Shown here: in pieces, positions 19,245-28,455 of the stretch
How positions within the stretch are numbered: the stretch's first letter is position 1
Layout: the number at the start of each line of letters is the position of its first letter
From: a virus
DNA length: 64,000 nt
IMG/VR virus record: IMGVR_UViG_3300027769_000020
Coordinates: 1-64,000 of that record
Reading direction: 5' to 3' (one strand)
Notes under the pieces: generated by a model
The model's database searches: none
Seen by the model: only the letters and a program-made list of their open reading frames with translations
Told to the model about the DNA's origin: nothing
Position numbers and translations under genes: made by a program

Positions 19245-19637
19245 TTATTTTAACCAGCCCATTGTTCTAGCTTCAGCTGGGTTATTGTGAATATAATCAT
19301 GGCAGTTACGGCATGTAACCAACCAGGTGCTTTGAACTAAATAGAATGCATCTCTATTAGATCCTGCAAATGTATGGTGAATATCTGTACCCATATTAGT
19401 ACAACCACCAACTTTTACTTGACATAATGGAAACTTTTCCATGTGCTTAGCTCTTAGTTGTAGATACTCAGCATCAAGTTTCTTTCTCTTTGCTGATACT
19501 TGAGGTATAACCTTATGATCAGGATCTTTAGATTGTATTTTACCCCAACAGTTCTTGCAATACTTATTGCCTTCAAAATTCTTCCAAATATACTGCTCAG
19601 AATCACACCCTGAGCAGTACTTTTTTTTCTTTTCCAT
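19245..19637 (-). CDS. Zn-binding HNH-type nuclease
   Basis: CSGC/CKNC; C....C...TDIHH; CRNCHDYIH. Confidence 0.7.
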   Translation of the reverse strand: MEKKKKYCSGCDSEQYIWKNFEGNKYCKNCWGKIQSKDPDHKVIPQVSAKRKKLDAEYLQLRAKHMEKFPLCQVKVGGCTNMGTDIHHTFAGSNRDAFYLVQSTWLVTCRNCHDYIHNNPAEARTMGWLK

Positions 19638-19745
19638 TTATTTATCAGTTTTACTTTCTAAACAAAATTGACAACATGGTTTATTATCTAAAACAAGAAT
19701 GCCTAAATATTTTTTGCAATAAAAACATAACTCTACAGTAATCAT
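19638..19745 (-). CDS. Small Cys-rich protein (35 aa)
   Basis: Read by hand MITVELCFYC...CCQFC. Confidence 0.45.
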   Translation of the reverse strand: MITVELCFYCKKYLGILVLDNKPCCQFCLESKTDK

Positions 19746-20257
19746 TATTTAGCATTTTTTAATCTTGGTAAAGTATTCATGTCTCTTTTTAAGTCATGAA
19801 AGTTTTTAGGTAATATACCCTCAGTAATAAATAAACCTATTACCTGATCTTTAGTAATACCTAAATCCTTGAAAGTTAATGTGTTTTTAAATTCCACATC
19901 TGTTTCTTCAGTTTCTATAAAGAATTGTGTTAGTGGACTTTCAGGAAACAATGTCTTGAATATAAAATTACTATAAGCATTAGTTAACTTTTGCTTATAC
20001 AAATTTATAACATTTTGACCTTTCATATATACCTTACTAACTCTTTGTTTCTTTTTACTACACATAGTAGCTAATTCTTGTTGAGTAAATGCACTTAAGC
20101 CATACAAAGCACGTTTATACAAATGATTCTGATAGTTATTATAACTATCTTGCTCATATTGCATATAAGTTTCACCTCTATATAACTGGTAAGACTCTAT
20201 CTTACCTGTGTATTCTAATTTTTTTTCTTGTATCTCCATGACCATTAGGATTTTCAA
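19745..20257 (-). CDS. Hypothetical protein
   Basis: ORF track. Confidence 0.7.
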   Translation of the reverse strand: MKILMVMEIQEKKLEYTGKIESYQLYRGETYMQYEQDSYNNYQNHLYKRALYGLSAFTQQELATMCSKKKQRVSKVYMKGQNVINLYKQKLTNAYSNFIFKTLFPESPLTQFFIETEETDVEFKNTLTFKDLGITKDQVIGLFITEGILPKNFHDLKRDMNTLPRLKNAK

Positions 20258-20262
20258 TTAAT

Positions 20263-20290
20263 AAAAAAGGGATAGCTTTTACACTATCCC
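20263..20290 (-). terminator. Intrinsic terminator
   Basis: GGGATAG-TGTAAAAG-CTATCCC-TTTTTT. Confidence 0.7.
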
Positions 20291-20313
20291 TATATACATA
20301 AACTTAATTAATT

Positions 20314-20790
20314 TTAGATGTTGAATTCATCTGATGCTGTAGGATTAACTGCAGATAATTTGATTTTACTTTGACCATTAGCAGCTTTAATCTCTTCAGA
20401 GTTATCATGCTTTACTAATTCATCAGTAACATTAGTAATAATTGTATAAATAGTTTTTCTATAAATAGATTGACCATTTATTTTACATACTACACCAGTA
20501 TTACCTGCATACTTAAGATTCTTAGTCTCATCTTTTTTATTTGGTGCTTTAGTAGATTCAATGATTACTATTTTACCCGGTAATATTTGACCAGCATAAT
20601 AAGCTTCTTCTTTTAAATCTTCCATTGTACCAACAATTAAAGCACTAACTACTCTTCTTCTTAAGAAGCCATTATCATCAAAGATGCTTCTTACTTGTTC
20701 TACTCTAACATATCCATAGTCAGGATTGTTTACTGACTGAGTGATGACATTACCTAGTTCATCACCAGTTACTTTAACTTTTGTTTCCAT
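20314..20790 (-). CDS. Hypothetical beta-rich protein (possible nucleic-acid binding)
   Basis: ORF; GYVRVEQ, LPGKIV..ES, K.AG.TG..C..NGQ.IYR. Confidence 0.7.
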   Translation of the reverse strand: METKVKVTGDELGNVITQSVNNPDYGYVRVEQVRSIFDDNGFLRRRVVSALIVGTMEDLKEEAYYAGQILPGKIVIIESTKAPNKKDETKNLKYAGNTGVVCKINGQSIYRKTIYTIITNVTDELVKHDNSEEIKAANGQSKIKLSAVNPTASDEFNI

Positions 20791-20875
20791 GATAAATGTT
20801 TTTTACGGTTTAAACACTATTTTATTTTATGATTGATGAGTATAAATTGACACTTGGTATACTCTCCAAGTAAGA

Positions 20876-21154
20876 TTATATGTCAAGACTGTCTATCATA
20901 TCCAGATCATCTGGTGACAAGTCTTCTAGTGAGATTTCTTTAACTTCAGATTCATCATCTACGTGAAAGCTGAAGTCATAAACTTTTTCTTGTTTTTCTG
21001 TGGAGTTTTCATCTAGTGCAGAGCTAGTAAAAGGATTGTGAATTGCTTCACCTGCATTTGAACATAATAAGTACTGAATTTCAGAATCACTCATAGATAA
21101 ATATTGTTCTATTGTGATATTAATTACACGGCCATTGGGTAACTGATAAAGCAT
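20876..21154 (-). CDS. Hypothetical protein with acidic tail
   Basis: MLYQLPNG...YL.MSD. Confidence 0.7.
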   Translation of the reverse strand: MLYQLPNGRVINITIEQYLSMSDSEIQYLLCSNAGEAIHNPFTSSALDENSTEKQEKVYDFSFHVDDESEVKEISLEDLSPDDLDMIDSLDI

Positions 21155-21220
21155 CTTATTATAAATATCTTTAAATTTACATCTAAATTATAATATAGCC
21201 TTATTTTCAGTCACAATTTC

Positions 21221-21237
21221 TGCACTATATAGCTAAA
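21221..21237 (-). promoter_or_regulatory. 17-bp element TTTAGCTATATAGTGCA (copy 1)
   Basis: Identical to 51262-51278 (+); intergenic. Confidence 0.55.
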
Positions 21238-21283
21238 TAATAAAGGGGAACACCTAAATATTCCCCATATTATTATTTTCTGG

Positions 21284-21745
21284 TCATGTAGTATACTCAG
21301 ATACTCTCTTTAAATCCATTATATCATCTTCAAGCCAAATAAAATCTTCAAACTTAGCAGATAATTGTGTTATTATTATTTCTCCTGTTTCATTATAGGT
21401 TGGGGCTTCCAATGATAATTGACCCCAATCTCCATACCCATTTACTGCTATTACTTTACAGTCCAGGTAACCCTTTTTATCTAATTCAGTATTTTGTGTA
21501 TACTGTCTATTAGAGAACCAATTCTTAAAACTATATCTACCCATCTGATCAACTTTAGGTTTGATGGGTAGTTTTTCACCAAGTAATAGTTTAGTGTATA
21601 GTTTTAACAGGGTATCATTTTTTGACAGTATTTCTTTAAATAACTCTTTTACATCAGGGTTATTATGTAGTACACAATCATCAACTGTTTTTAAAACTAT
21701 TGCAGTATCTACTTCAACGTTAATATGATTCTCCATAAAATTCAT
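21284..21745 (-). CDS. Hypothetical protein
   Basis: ORF track. Confidence 0.65.
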   Translation of the reverse strand: MNFMENHINVEVDTAIVLKTVDDCVLHNNPDVKELFKEILSKNDTLLKLYTKLLLGEKLPIKPKVDQMGRYSFKNWFSNRQYTQNTELDKKGYLDCKVIAVNGYGDWGQLSLEAPTYNETGEIIITQLSAKFEDFIWLEDDIMDLKRVSEYTT

Positions 21746-22046
21746 CTAACATTTTCATTAATAACTTGTTTCTCTTCTCATTTCTTTCATGGTACCTACC
21801 TATTAATAAGGTAGTATATGCTATTTCATTTTCATGTTTGCATTGACTATAAACCTGTTCTAATACCATATGTAATCTAGGTTTTTTATCTGCTTCATCA
21901 ACAATAGCAATTAGTTCTTTCTTTCTTTCTTTAGTGATACCTAATGCATCAACTAATTCAATTCCACTGTCATCAATTACTGATAACTTAAACACTTTAT
22001 TAGTGTTATAATTCTTTTTTCTGAATAAATTTCTAAACATGACCAA
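21720..22046 (-). CDS. Hypothetical protein
   Basis: ORF track. Confidence 0.65.
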   Translation of the reverse strand: MVMFRNLFRKKNYNTNKVFKLSVIDDSGIELVDALGITKERKKELIAIVDEADKKPRLHMVLEQVYSQCKHENEIAYTTLLIGRYHERNEKRNKLLMKMLDEFYGESY

Positions 22047-22358
22047 ATGTTTTACTTGTTATTAATTCTTTTATCTATTTCTACTACTATAACTACAATC
22101 CATATGACTGCTAGTATAGCAAACCCACTAATTAGTAATGTTTTCATAAACTCTAAATTCTAAACACATTATTGCATACTGGATCTCATTTCTCATATAG
22201 TCTTTTTCAACCTGAGAAATATTTAGTGAGTCAATATCATTTAGACTCTCTCTTAGACTTTTCAGTTCCTCTTCCATCTTTTTCTTTATTATACTTGTTT
22301 AACCTTTCCATAATCTTCTGATTTACAGACTGATTACGGTCTTTATCTTTTTCTTTAC

Positions 22359-22502
22359 TCATAATGTAGTAATATATAGTATATCATTATTACCTACAAG
22401 TTTGTTGAATTTTCTTACTGCATCAACATAATTACTTGCATCAATGTTAATACCACTACATAATTCTTTTGCTATTAAATAGCAGATGTGAAATCTTTTC
22501 AT
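22359..22502 (-). CDS. Small hypothetical protein (start MKRFHIC)
   Basis: A-rich leader before ATG 22502. Confidence 0.55.
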   Translation of the reverse strand: MKRFHICYLIAKELCSGINIDASNYVDAVRKFNKLVGNNDILYITTL

Positions 22503-22509
22503 AATCTTT

Positions 22510-22731
22510 TCAGTATTTAGTTTTAGAATATAAGTATTCATAATACACTTTTTCCCCTTCTGTGATTGTAGTATCTTTATGCAGATCCATGTGTCCTCTA
22601 TAATGATACACTTTAGTCTGTAATACTCTTTCTTTATTTTCTACTGTAAACAGTAACACAAGAAGAAATATTATTACAGATACTACAACTCCTGTTTCAA
22701 TTTTTTTATTGTTTGTCATCATAATTAACAA
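22510..22731 (-). CDS. Small membrane protein
   Basis: Single hydrophobic segment. Confidence 0.55.
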   Translation of the reverse strand: MLIMMTNNKKIETGVVVSVIIFLLVLLFTVENKERVLQTKVYHYRGHMDLHKDTTITEGEKVYYEYLYSKTKY

Positions 22732-22903
22732 TACAGATTAACAAAATAATTAAAAGACCAATTGGGCCTGATAATAATGCTACAATGTCAAATAAAGTGA
22801 CATCTTTATATATCTTTTCTTTAATAAAAAAGTAAATAAGATATAAATATGATACAATTGTAATTAATAATAACCCAATTGTTGCTAGTTCAAATAAATC
22901 CAT
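22706..22903 (-). CDS. Small two-TM membrane protein
   Basis: Two hydrophobic segments. Confidence 0.6.
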   Translation of the reverse strand: MDLFELATIGLLLITIVSYLYLIYFFIKEKIYKDVTLFDIVALLSGPIGLLIILLICIVNYDDKQ

Positions 22904-23080
22904 ATTACATACTAATTAATTTCATTTTCTGTTGCTGTTCTAATCTTAGTTCAGTACCAGTTTTATGATAAAACTTTTTCTTTAACTTTCTCACCATTTG
23001 ACTTGGTGCTTTACATTCAACTCTGCTTGGTATACAAGCTAATAAGTTTTCAATTTCAATTACTCTTTTCATACTCTTTT

Positions 23081-23272
23081 TTATTTGTCTGTGATATCAA
23101 AATAACCAATTATAATCCCTGTTCCAGTTAATGAACCCAGAGTGTATACTATTTCTGCTTTTCCTATAGGTTCCCAATTACAGGTTACCATTTTGTAAAT
23201 ACATCTTACTTCTCCATATAAAGTAGCTAAGATGAATACTATCCCTAATAAGGGAGCTTTGTCTCTAAACAT
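23081..23272 (-). CDS. Small membrane protein
   Basis: Hydrophobic; C.WEP.GKAEI.Y..G motif. Confidence 0.6.
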   Translation of the reverse strand: MFRDKAPLLGIVFILATLYGEVRCIYKMVTCNWEPIGKAEIVYTLGSLTGTGIIIGYFDITDK

Positions 23273-23408
23273 AATTCCTCAATTTTTACTTGTTCCCGGT
23301 TTAAACCTTTATCATATAGAACTAAATCTAATTGCTCTATATATTCTCCTACAGTATGAGCTATAATTATATCTGTAGTATTATCTACTTTACTTGTTAC
23401 TCTAAACT

Positions 23409-23591
23409 TCATTTATCTAAATATCTTTCATTAAACATAGTCTGAGTGACTGCTTCAGGTGCAATCTCCTCATTAAAAGCTATTTCTTCTACATATTCTC
23501 TATTTTCAGGATTATATATGCTATTCTCATAGTCAAATCCTGGTGAGGTAACATATCTTGCTACCATCACCACTATTACAATCAGATTCAT
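23409..23591 (-). CDS. Small hypothetical protein
   Basis: ORF track. Confidence 0.55.
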   Translation of the reverse strand: MNLIVIVVMVARYVTSPGFDYENSIYNPENREYVEEIAFNEEIAPEAVTQTMFNERYLDK

Positions 23592-23604
23592 AATTTTCAG
23601 TTAT

Positions 23605-23910
23605 TTATAATTTTTCAAAAATCTGGATACTATATACAGACCATTTAATACTTAAATTTTTATATATCCATTTCATATATGAAGGATATAAGTTACAAGC
23701 TTCTTCTACTGTGATATTAATAAGTTGAGGTTTATTGCTAAACCAACATTTATCCCATGGTCTAGTTCTTCTTCTAGTACCATAGTTACCTTTATCATTT
23801 TTCATATCAAACTCTTGAAATTCAGGTCTTGCCATATGCTTTATGTACATAAGCTCTCCTGGCTCTTGTACTGAAGGTTGCTCTCCAAATGTTATAGTTG
23901 AGATTATCAT
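23605..23910 (-). CDS. Hypothetical protein
   Basis: ORF track; C-terminal YPSYMKW. Confidence 0.6.
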   Translation of the reverse strand: MIISTITFGEQPSVQEPGELMYIKHMARPEFQEFDMKNDKGNYGTRRRTRPWDKCWFSNKPQLINITVEEACNLYPSYMKWIYKNLSIKWSVYSIQIFEKL

Positions 23911-23944
23911 ATCTTTTCAGTTTTTAGTTATCAGTTAATAATAA

Positions 23945-24190
23945 AACATATCATCACCACCAGGTGGAATACTACAGTACTTGAATTCATCAAGGTTCCG
24001 TTTGACTGCTGGATGATATGTTATTATTCTTTGTATAAATACCACAAGTCAAACTCTGCTTTACAGGATGAGAGTTTATGCCTGAAACCTTGTGGTAATA
24101 TTTAACTAGTATTCTTTTCACTCTTTGAACTAGTATAAAGTGTTAGCCGTTAAGTACTATAAGTACTAGCAATGAATTGGCTGATACATT
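23945..24190. ncRNA. Candidate structured non-coding RNA(s)
   Basis: ORF-free; 11-bp stem 23945-55/24012-22; 9-bp stem 24040-48/24089-97 with internal stems. Confidence 0.4.
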
Positions 24191-24283
24191 GCTTTTTTCT
24201 TTTATTATGATACATAATATAATCTGTTACCTTCATTAGTTCAGGTATAACTGATTAGTATAGATTTACAAATAGACCGGATA

Positions 24284-24496
24284 CTATGATTCTACAATAT
24301 ATAGAAAGTCATACATATCCATGTCATATTTATATACCTTAAGTGGTACATGTTTATGTGACTTATCTACATAAGCTACGGTATGATGAACATCTATATA
24401 TTCTCCATCAAAGTCTACAGATTCTAATATATCAATACCTCTGTAGTTATTAGCAAGTAACATTGCTATTGATTCCTGTTTAGTTACTGTTTTCAT
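24284..24496 (-). CDS. Hypothetical protein
   Basis: ORF with A-rich leader. Confidence 0.65.
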   Translation of the reverse strand: MKTVTKQESIAMLLANNYRGIDILESVDFDGEYIDVHHTVAYVDKSHKHVPLKVYKYDMDMYDFLYIVES

Positions 24497-25005
24497 ATCT
24501 TATATTTTAAATTTTAAATAAACCGGATTCTATAATACATTTATTCATTATAGTACAAGAACTAATATATATAATAACATATATACTAATAGACTAATGA
24601 CTATACTCATAGTTTTAGCTATATACTCTTAATACATAGTACTTTAGGGTGTATTTTACAGTGTTTTAACACAGTTTAGATATGAGGATAGTATGACACC
24701 CTACCACTAATACACACTTAAACATACAATTTTTACCATAGACCAAAAACTTAACTACCTGATTATCAGTAAGTGAGTCTACTTTGTCCACCGTGTGGAG
24801 ACAACTTTCTATTATCTTACCAGGTATATTGTGTATATATAATATTATGCTAATGAATCCACAGTGTCTTCTGTTACTTGTGTATAATAGTAAACTGTGT
24901 ATACCATATAGGTAATGAATCCTACTGACCATATAATAACTATATAGACCACAGTAAATAAAAACAATATACCTACGCTTATTACGGCATAGGTATATGT
25001 TATTA

Positions 25006-25302
25006 CTATAATTCTACATCAAAAGTTTTAGCCTGTGGTGCAAAGCTCAAAGAACTTACCACTTCTGCACCTACTCCTGCTTTATGTATCATCCAGCTTG
25101 GCTCTCCGTCCTCTGGATTAAACCAACTTACTACTAAATCATCAGACAGGTTTGTTACGTTTTCTGCTATACGGAAAGTGATTCCCGTATTAGTACTACC
25201 AAATAGTTTACCTGTTTTTGGATTCTTAAGTATGTCTATTTTAGTTAGACCATTAGACATTGCAAATCCGTTAATTGACTGTGTTCTTGTAAATGTGCTC
25301 AT
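25006..25302 (-). CDS. Early cassette protein, paralog A
   Basis: Clearly similar to 25425..25715. Confidence 0.8.
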   Translation of the reverse strand: MSTFTRTQSINGFAMSNGLTKIDILKNPKTGKLFGSTNTGITFRIAENVTNLSDDLVVSWFNPEDGEPSWMIHKAGVGAEVVSSLSFAPQAKTFDVEL

Positions 25303-25424
25303 AATTTTTATTTTTTAGAGTTAAACAATATATATCCATATTAGTTGAAAAATGGATAAAGATGCGTAGCAAAAAAATACACTATAAAAAATAAACCTCT
25401 ACCTATTACGGTAGAGGAATATCT

Positions 25425-25715
25425 TTAGAACTCTTGCATTACAGTTACTGGTGTGAAACTTAAAGTTGAAACAACTTCAGCACCAGCACCTTGTCTGTGT
25501 ATCATGTATGATGGTTCTCCGTCTTCAGGAGAAAACCATGATATTGCTAAATCATTACTTAATGCAGTAATGTCTTTAGCAAGACGCAATGTGTTACCCT
25601 TTGAGTCAACGGCAAATAAGTTACCGTTTTTAGGGTTTTTCAAGATATCAAATTTAGTGATACCGTTTGCTGATGCATAAGCACCAATGTTCTGTGTTTT
25701 AGAAAATGTAGACAT
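25425..25715 (-). CDS. Early cassette protein, paralog B
   Basis: Shares DILKNPK.G.LF and SWF.PEDGEPS.MIH..G.GAEVVS.LSF with 25006. Confidence 0.8.
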   Translation of the reverse strand: MSTFSKTQNIGAYASANGITKFDILKNPKNGNLFAVDSKGNTLRLAKDITALSNDLAISWFSPEDGEPSYMIHRQGAGAEVVSTLSFTPVTVMQEF

Positions 25716-25821
25716 GATCTTTAATTTTTATTAGTTAAACAATTTATATCAATATCAGTTAAAAAATGGATAAGGCTGACGCAGTCAAAAAAAAAGAGAG
25801 GACTTTAATCCCCTCTTGTTA

Positions 25822-26133
25822 TTACTCTTTAATAGGTCTACTGCAAGATAGAATATTCTTCTCTATCTTCTCAATAGTGAACCAAGATGTTCCATCATAC
25901 CCATCAAACTGAATCTCTTCTTCAGGGTGCAGATCTACTTCATAAGGTGTATACCCACCCTCTGCACAAGCTTCTTTAAATAAAGAATCTGAATATACAC
26001 GTTCAAGATCTTCATCCTCAAACATGTAATAACAATGATCAATTATGGCTCTTTTTAATTCTTCAAGTGTATCACACACTGTCCAGAACTCTGCACCATA
26101 ACTACTTTTATTTGCTGTAAATACTTTTTTCAT
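25822..26133 (-). CDS. Early acidic protein
   Basis: Own motif and terminator. Confidence 0.75.
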   Translation of the reverse strand: MKKVFTANKSSYGAEFWTVCDTLEELKRAIIDHCYYMFEDEDLERVYSDSLFKEACAEGGYTPYEVDLHPEEEIQFDGYDGTSWFTIEKIEKNILSCSRPIKE

Positions 26134-26210
26134 AATATATAATTTAAATTGTTAATTATTAATAGTTAAAAAATGGAAAAAAAGAATGGGTATAAACCCA
26201 CTCTTGTTAT

Positions 26211-26507
26211 TTACTTAACATCCCATTCTTGAATATGATAATGATATTCTAATGGGTCTTGCATCATATGTATTTCATTTAAATACATCATCTCTGCACT
26301 TTCATAACTATTGAATGTACCTTTATTATCTTGCATCCAATCTTGAAATGATTTGGGTTCAACTAACTTGTTATCACGTACAATCATTCTATTCATCTCT
26401 GAATTAGCAAGGGCTAATGATGTATGTACACTACATATAACTGTTGAACCGTGTTCACCTGTAACTCTTTCATAAGAGTTAGATAATATTATAAATACTT
26501 TTTCCAT
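26211..26507 (-). CDS. Early hypothetical protein
   Basis: Own motif and terminator. Confidence 0.75.
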   Translation of the reverse strand: MEKVFIILSNSYERVTGEHGSTVICSVHTSLALANSEMNRMIVRDNKLVEPKSFQDWMQDNKGTFNSYESAEMMYLNEIHMMQDPLEYHYHIQEWDVK

Positions 26508-26570
26508 AATCTTTAAGTTTATAATTAGTTAAAAAATGGTAAAATAAGAGAGAGCATAAGCTCCCTCTTG

Positions 26571-26831
26571 TTAAGGTATCAACATTACTGATCTGATATT
26601 TTTATCAGTTAATTCATCATACTCAGTGATTAAGTTGAACCAATGGTTGGCATAACCACTACTGTTCATGCAACGGCAAGTGATTCTTTCTTCTCTTAAA
26701 GAACCATAGAAAGAATAGTTATACTCACCTAATATGAATGAACCTGCATAGATCCATTCATTACCCTTTGCATCACGCATTGGGTGTATTGCTCTTACTG
26801 CATTTTCTAATGCTTCTCTAATCTTTTCCAT
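26571..26831 (-). CDS. Early hypothetical protein
   Basis: Own motif and terminator. Confidence 0.75.
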   Translation of the reverse strand: MEKIREALENAVRAIHPMRDAKGNEWIYAGSFILGEYNYSFYGSLREERITCRCMNSSGYANHWFNLITEYDELTDKNIRSVMLIP

Positions 26832-26880
26832 AACATATATTTTATTGACAGTTAAAAAATGGAAAAAATAAAGGGGTATA

Positions 26881-27054
26881 TTAATCCCCTATAGTCTTAA
26901 GAATCTCCAGCATTTCCTTTAGTGCTGTTCTATAACCAATATGCCAATGCCAATCATTATCAGTTGGTAAATCACCTGATTCTATCCAATGAGTAGTATC
27001 ATCTATATTTTCTTGTAGTGATTCTTTTAATCTTTCTAATTCTTTTATATTCAT
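26881..27054 (-). CDS. Early hypothetical protein (57 aa, start MNIKEL)
   Basis: ATG 27054 lies downstream of motif 27079. Confidence 0.7.
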   Translation of the reverse strand: MNIKELERLKESLQENIDDTTHWIESGDLPTDNDWHWHIGYRTALKEMLEILKTIGD

Positions 27055-27124
27055 AATCTTTAAGTTTAAATTATTAACAGTTAAAAAATGGTTTATTAAA
27101 AAGGGGGTATTATTCCCCCCTTTT

Positions 27125-27496
27125 TTACAAGTTTTTAAACATAGCAACTAAGTCAGCATGGTCATCATTACCATTAATGTCATCTAACTTAGGTAACTCA
27201 GGTAAGTTAACATCTTTGCCTGAATATACATTCCAATCTACTGAACCATAACCTGTACGTTTATCAAAGTTCTCCATGACATATGCATGAAGCATTTTCC
27301 ATATATCATCACAATACATGCCTGTAAGTTTATGATATCCATCAATAGTGAGTCCATCAAATCTTGGTACATAACCCATAGTATCCCATGAGTAACCATC
27401 TTCAAACATTCTTACTTTCTTTGCAACAAATGTTATTACAGGAAAAGCAATAGTGTTTTCTACCTCAATTTTCTTTTTATACGTTATTGTTTTCAT
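27125..27496 (-). CDS. Early hypothetical protein
   Basis: Own motif and terminator. Confidence 0.75.
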   Translation of the reverse strand: MKTITYKKKIEVENTIAFPVITFVAKKVRMFEDGYSWDTMGYVPRFDGLTIDGYHKLTGMYCDDIWKMLHAYVMENFDKRTGYGSVDWNVYSGKDVNLPELPKLDDINGNDDHADLVAMFKNL

Positions 27497-27556
27497 AATA
27501 AATAGTTTTAATTATTAATAGTTATAAAATGGTCCCCGCAGGGGAAATAGTGTGCA

Positions 27557-27700
27557 TCATTTAACACACACTATTTTAAACAGACCTTGAGTATATCCAT
27601 TACTCATAAGTTGTTTCTTTTTCCAAAGGGCTAATGCCTTAGAAGGAAACACAAAGCTCTCTATGAGTCTTGTGTTATTATAGTATTCTAATCTATACAT
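27557..27700 (-). CDS. Early hypothetical protein (47 aa, start MYRLEY)
   Basis: ATG 27700 lies downstream of motif 27719. Confidence 0.7.
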   Translation of the reverse strand: MYRLEYYNNTRLIESFVFPSKALALWKKKQLMSNGYTQGLFKIVCVK

Positions 27701-27931
27701 GGTATTATAATTAATAACAGTTATAAAATGGTAAGACAAAAAAAGAGAGAGAGTATTAAACTCTCTCTCAATGTTGCTGGCTAAAGCCTGTTCCGGTACT
27801 TACATCTCCAAAGCTATAAGGAGAACGCCTCTGACTTGAAACATAATGAGTATTGATAGAGATCATTAGTTCACTCTATCCATAATAGTTAAAAAATGGA
27901 TTAAGACAAAGAGAGATAACCTCTCCTTTCA

Positions 27932-28078
27932 TCAGAAAGGGAGGTCATCTTCATCAATATCATATGTATAATTCTCAAGGCTATCCATAGCCTCAAGAGT
28001 TATACGCATCATATCATTGTAATAGTCTTGCTCCTCTTGGAGCATGATATTAATATCATTGAATTCAGTATCACGCAT
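27932..28078 (-). CDS. 48-aa acidic early peptide ending in EDDLPF (SSB C-tail-like)
   Basis: MRDTEFNDINIMLQEEQDYYNDMMRITLEAMDSLENYTYDIDEDDLPF; missed by ORF track. Confidence 0.75.
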   Translation of the reverse strand: MRDTEFNDINIMLQEEQDYYNDMMRITLEAMDSLENYTYDIDEDDLPF

Positions 28079-28278
28079 AATATATAATTTTAAAGTTAAT
28101 AACAGTTATAAGATGGTTAAATAAAAAAGAGAAACACCCGAAGGTATCTCTCTTGCTTTCTCCTGATCTTGCCAAAGCTAAGCTCAAATGATGTGTGTTT
28201 ACATAACATACACATCATTCATTATAATTTATAAACAGTTATAAGATGGTAAAGAAAAAAACATAAGAGCCTAAGCTC

Positions 28279-28455
28279 TTATTTTTTGTACTTTTCTGAA
28301 TCAGGTGCGGCTAATACACCCATTAATAAGAAGAATGTTAAACCTATGAACACAGCAGCCAGTGTTGTCATGTGTTCAAGTATGCTCTCTGTAGCTGCAT
28401 AGCCAAGCATGATTGTACATGCAATCATAATCTTGTAGTGTAAAGAATATTTCAT
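28279..28455 (-). CDS. 58-aa two-TM membrane protein, first cassette of early array
   Basis: MKYSLHYKIMIACTIMLGYAATESILEHMTTLAAVFIGLTFFLLMGVLAAPDSEKYKK; terminator overlaps stop. Confidence 0.75.
   Translation of the reverse strand: MKYSLHYKIMIACTIMLGYAATESILEHMTTLAAVFIGLTFFLLMGVLAAPDSEKYKK

Noticed and set aside
21221-21238. 17-bp element as a dif/Xer site
   Set aside because: Only weak resemblance to the XerD arm, with no 11-6-11 organisation
24064-24089. Hammerhead ribozyme (GATGA...GAAAC)
   Set aside because: Lacks the CUGA core and a proper stem II
24666-24932. 88-aa ORF
   Set aside because: Unusual residue composition and weak leader; left uncalled
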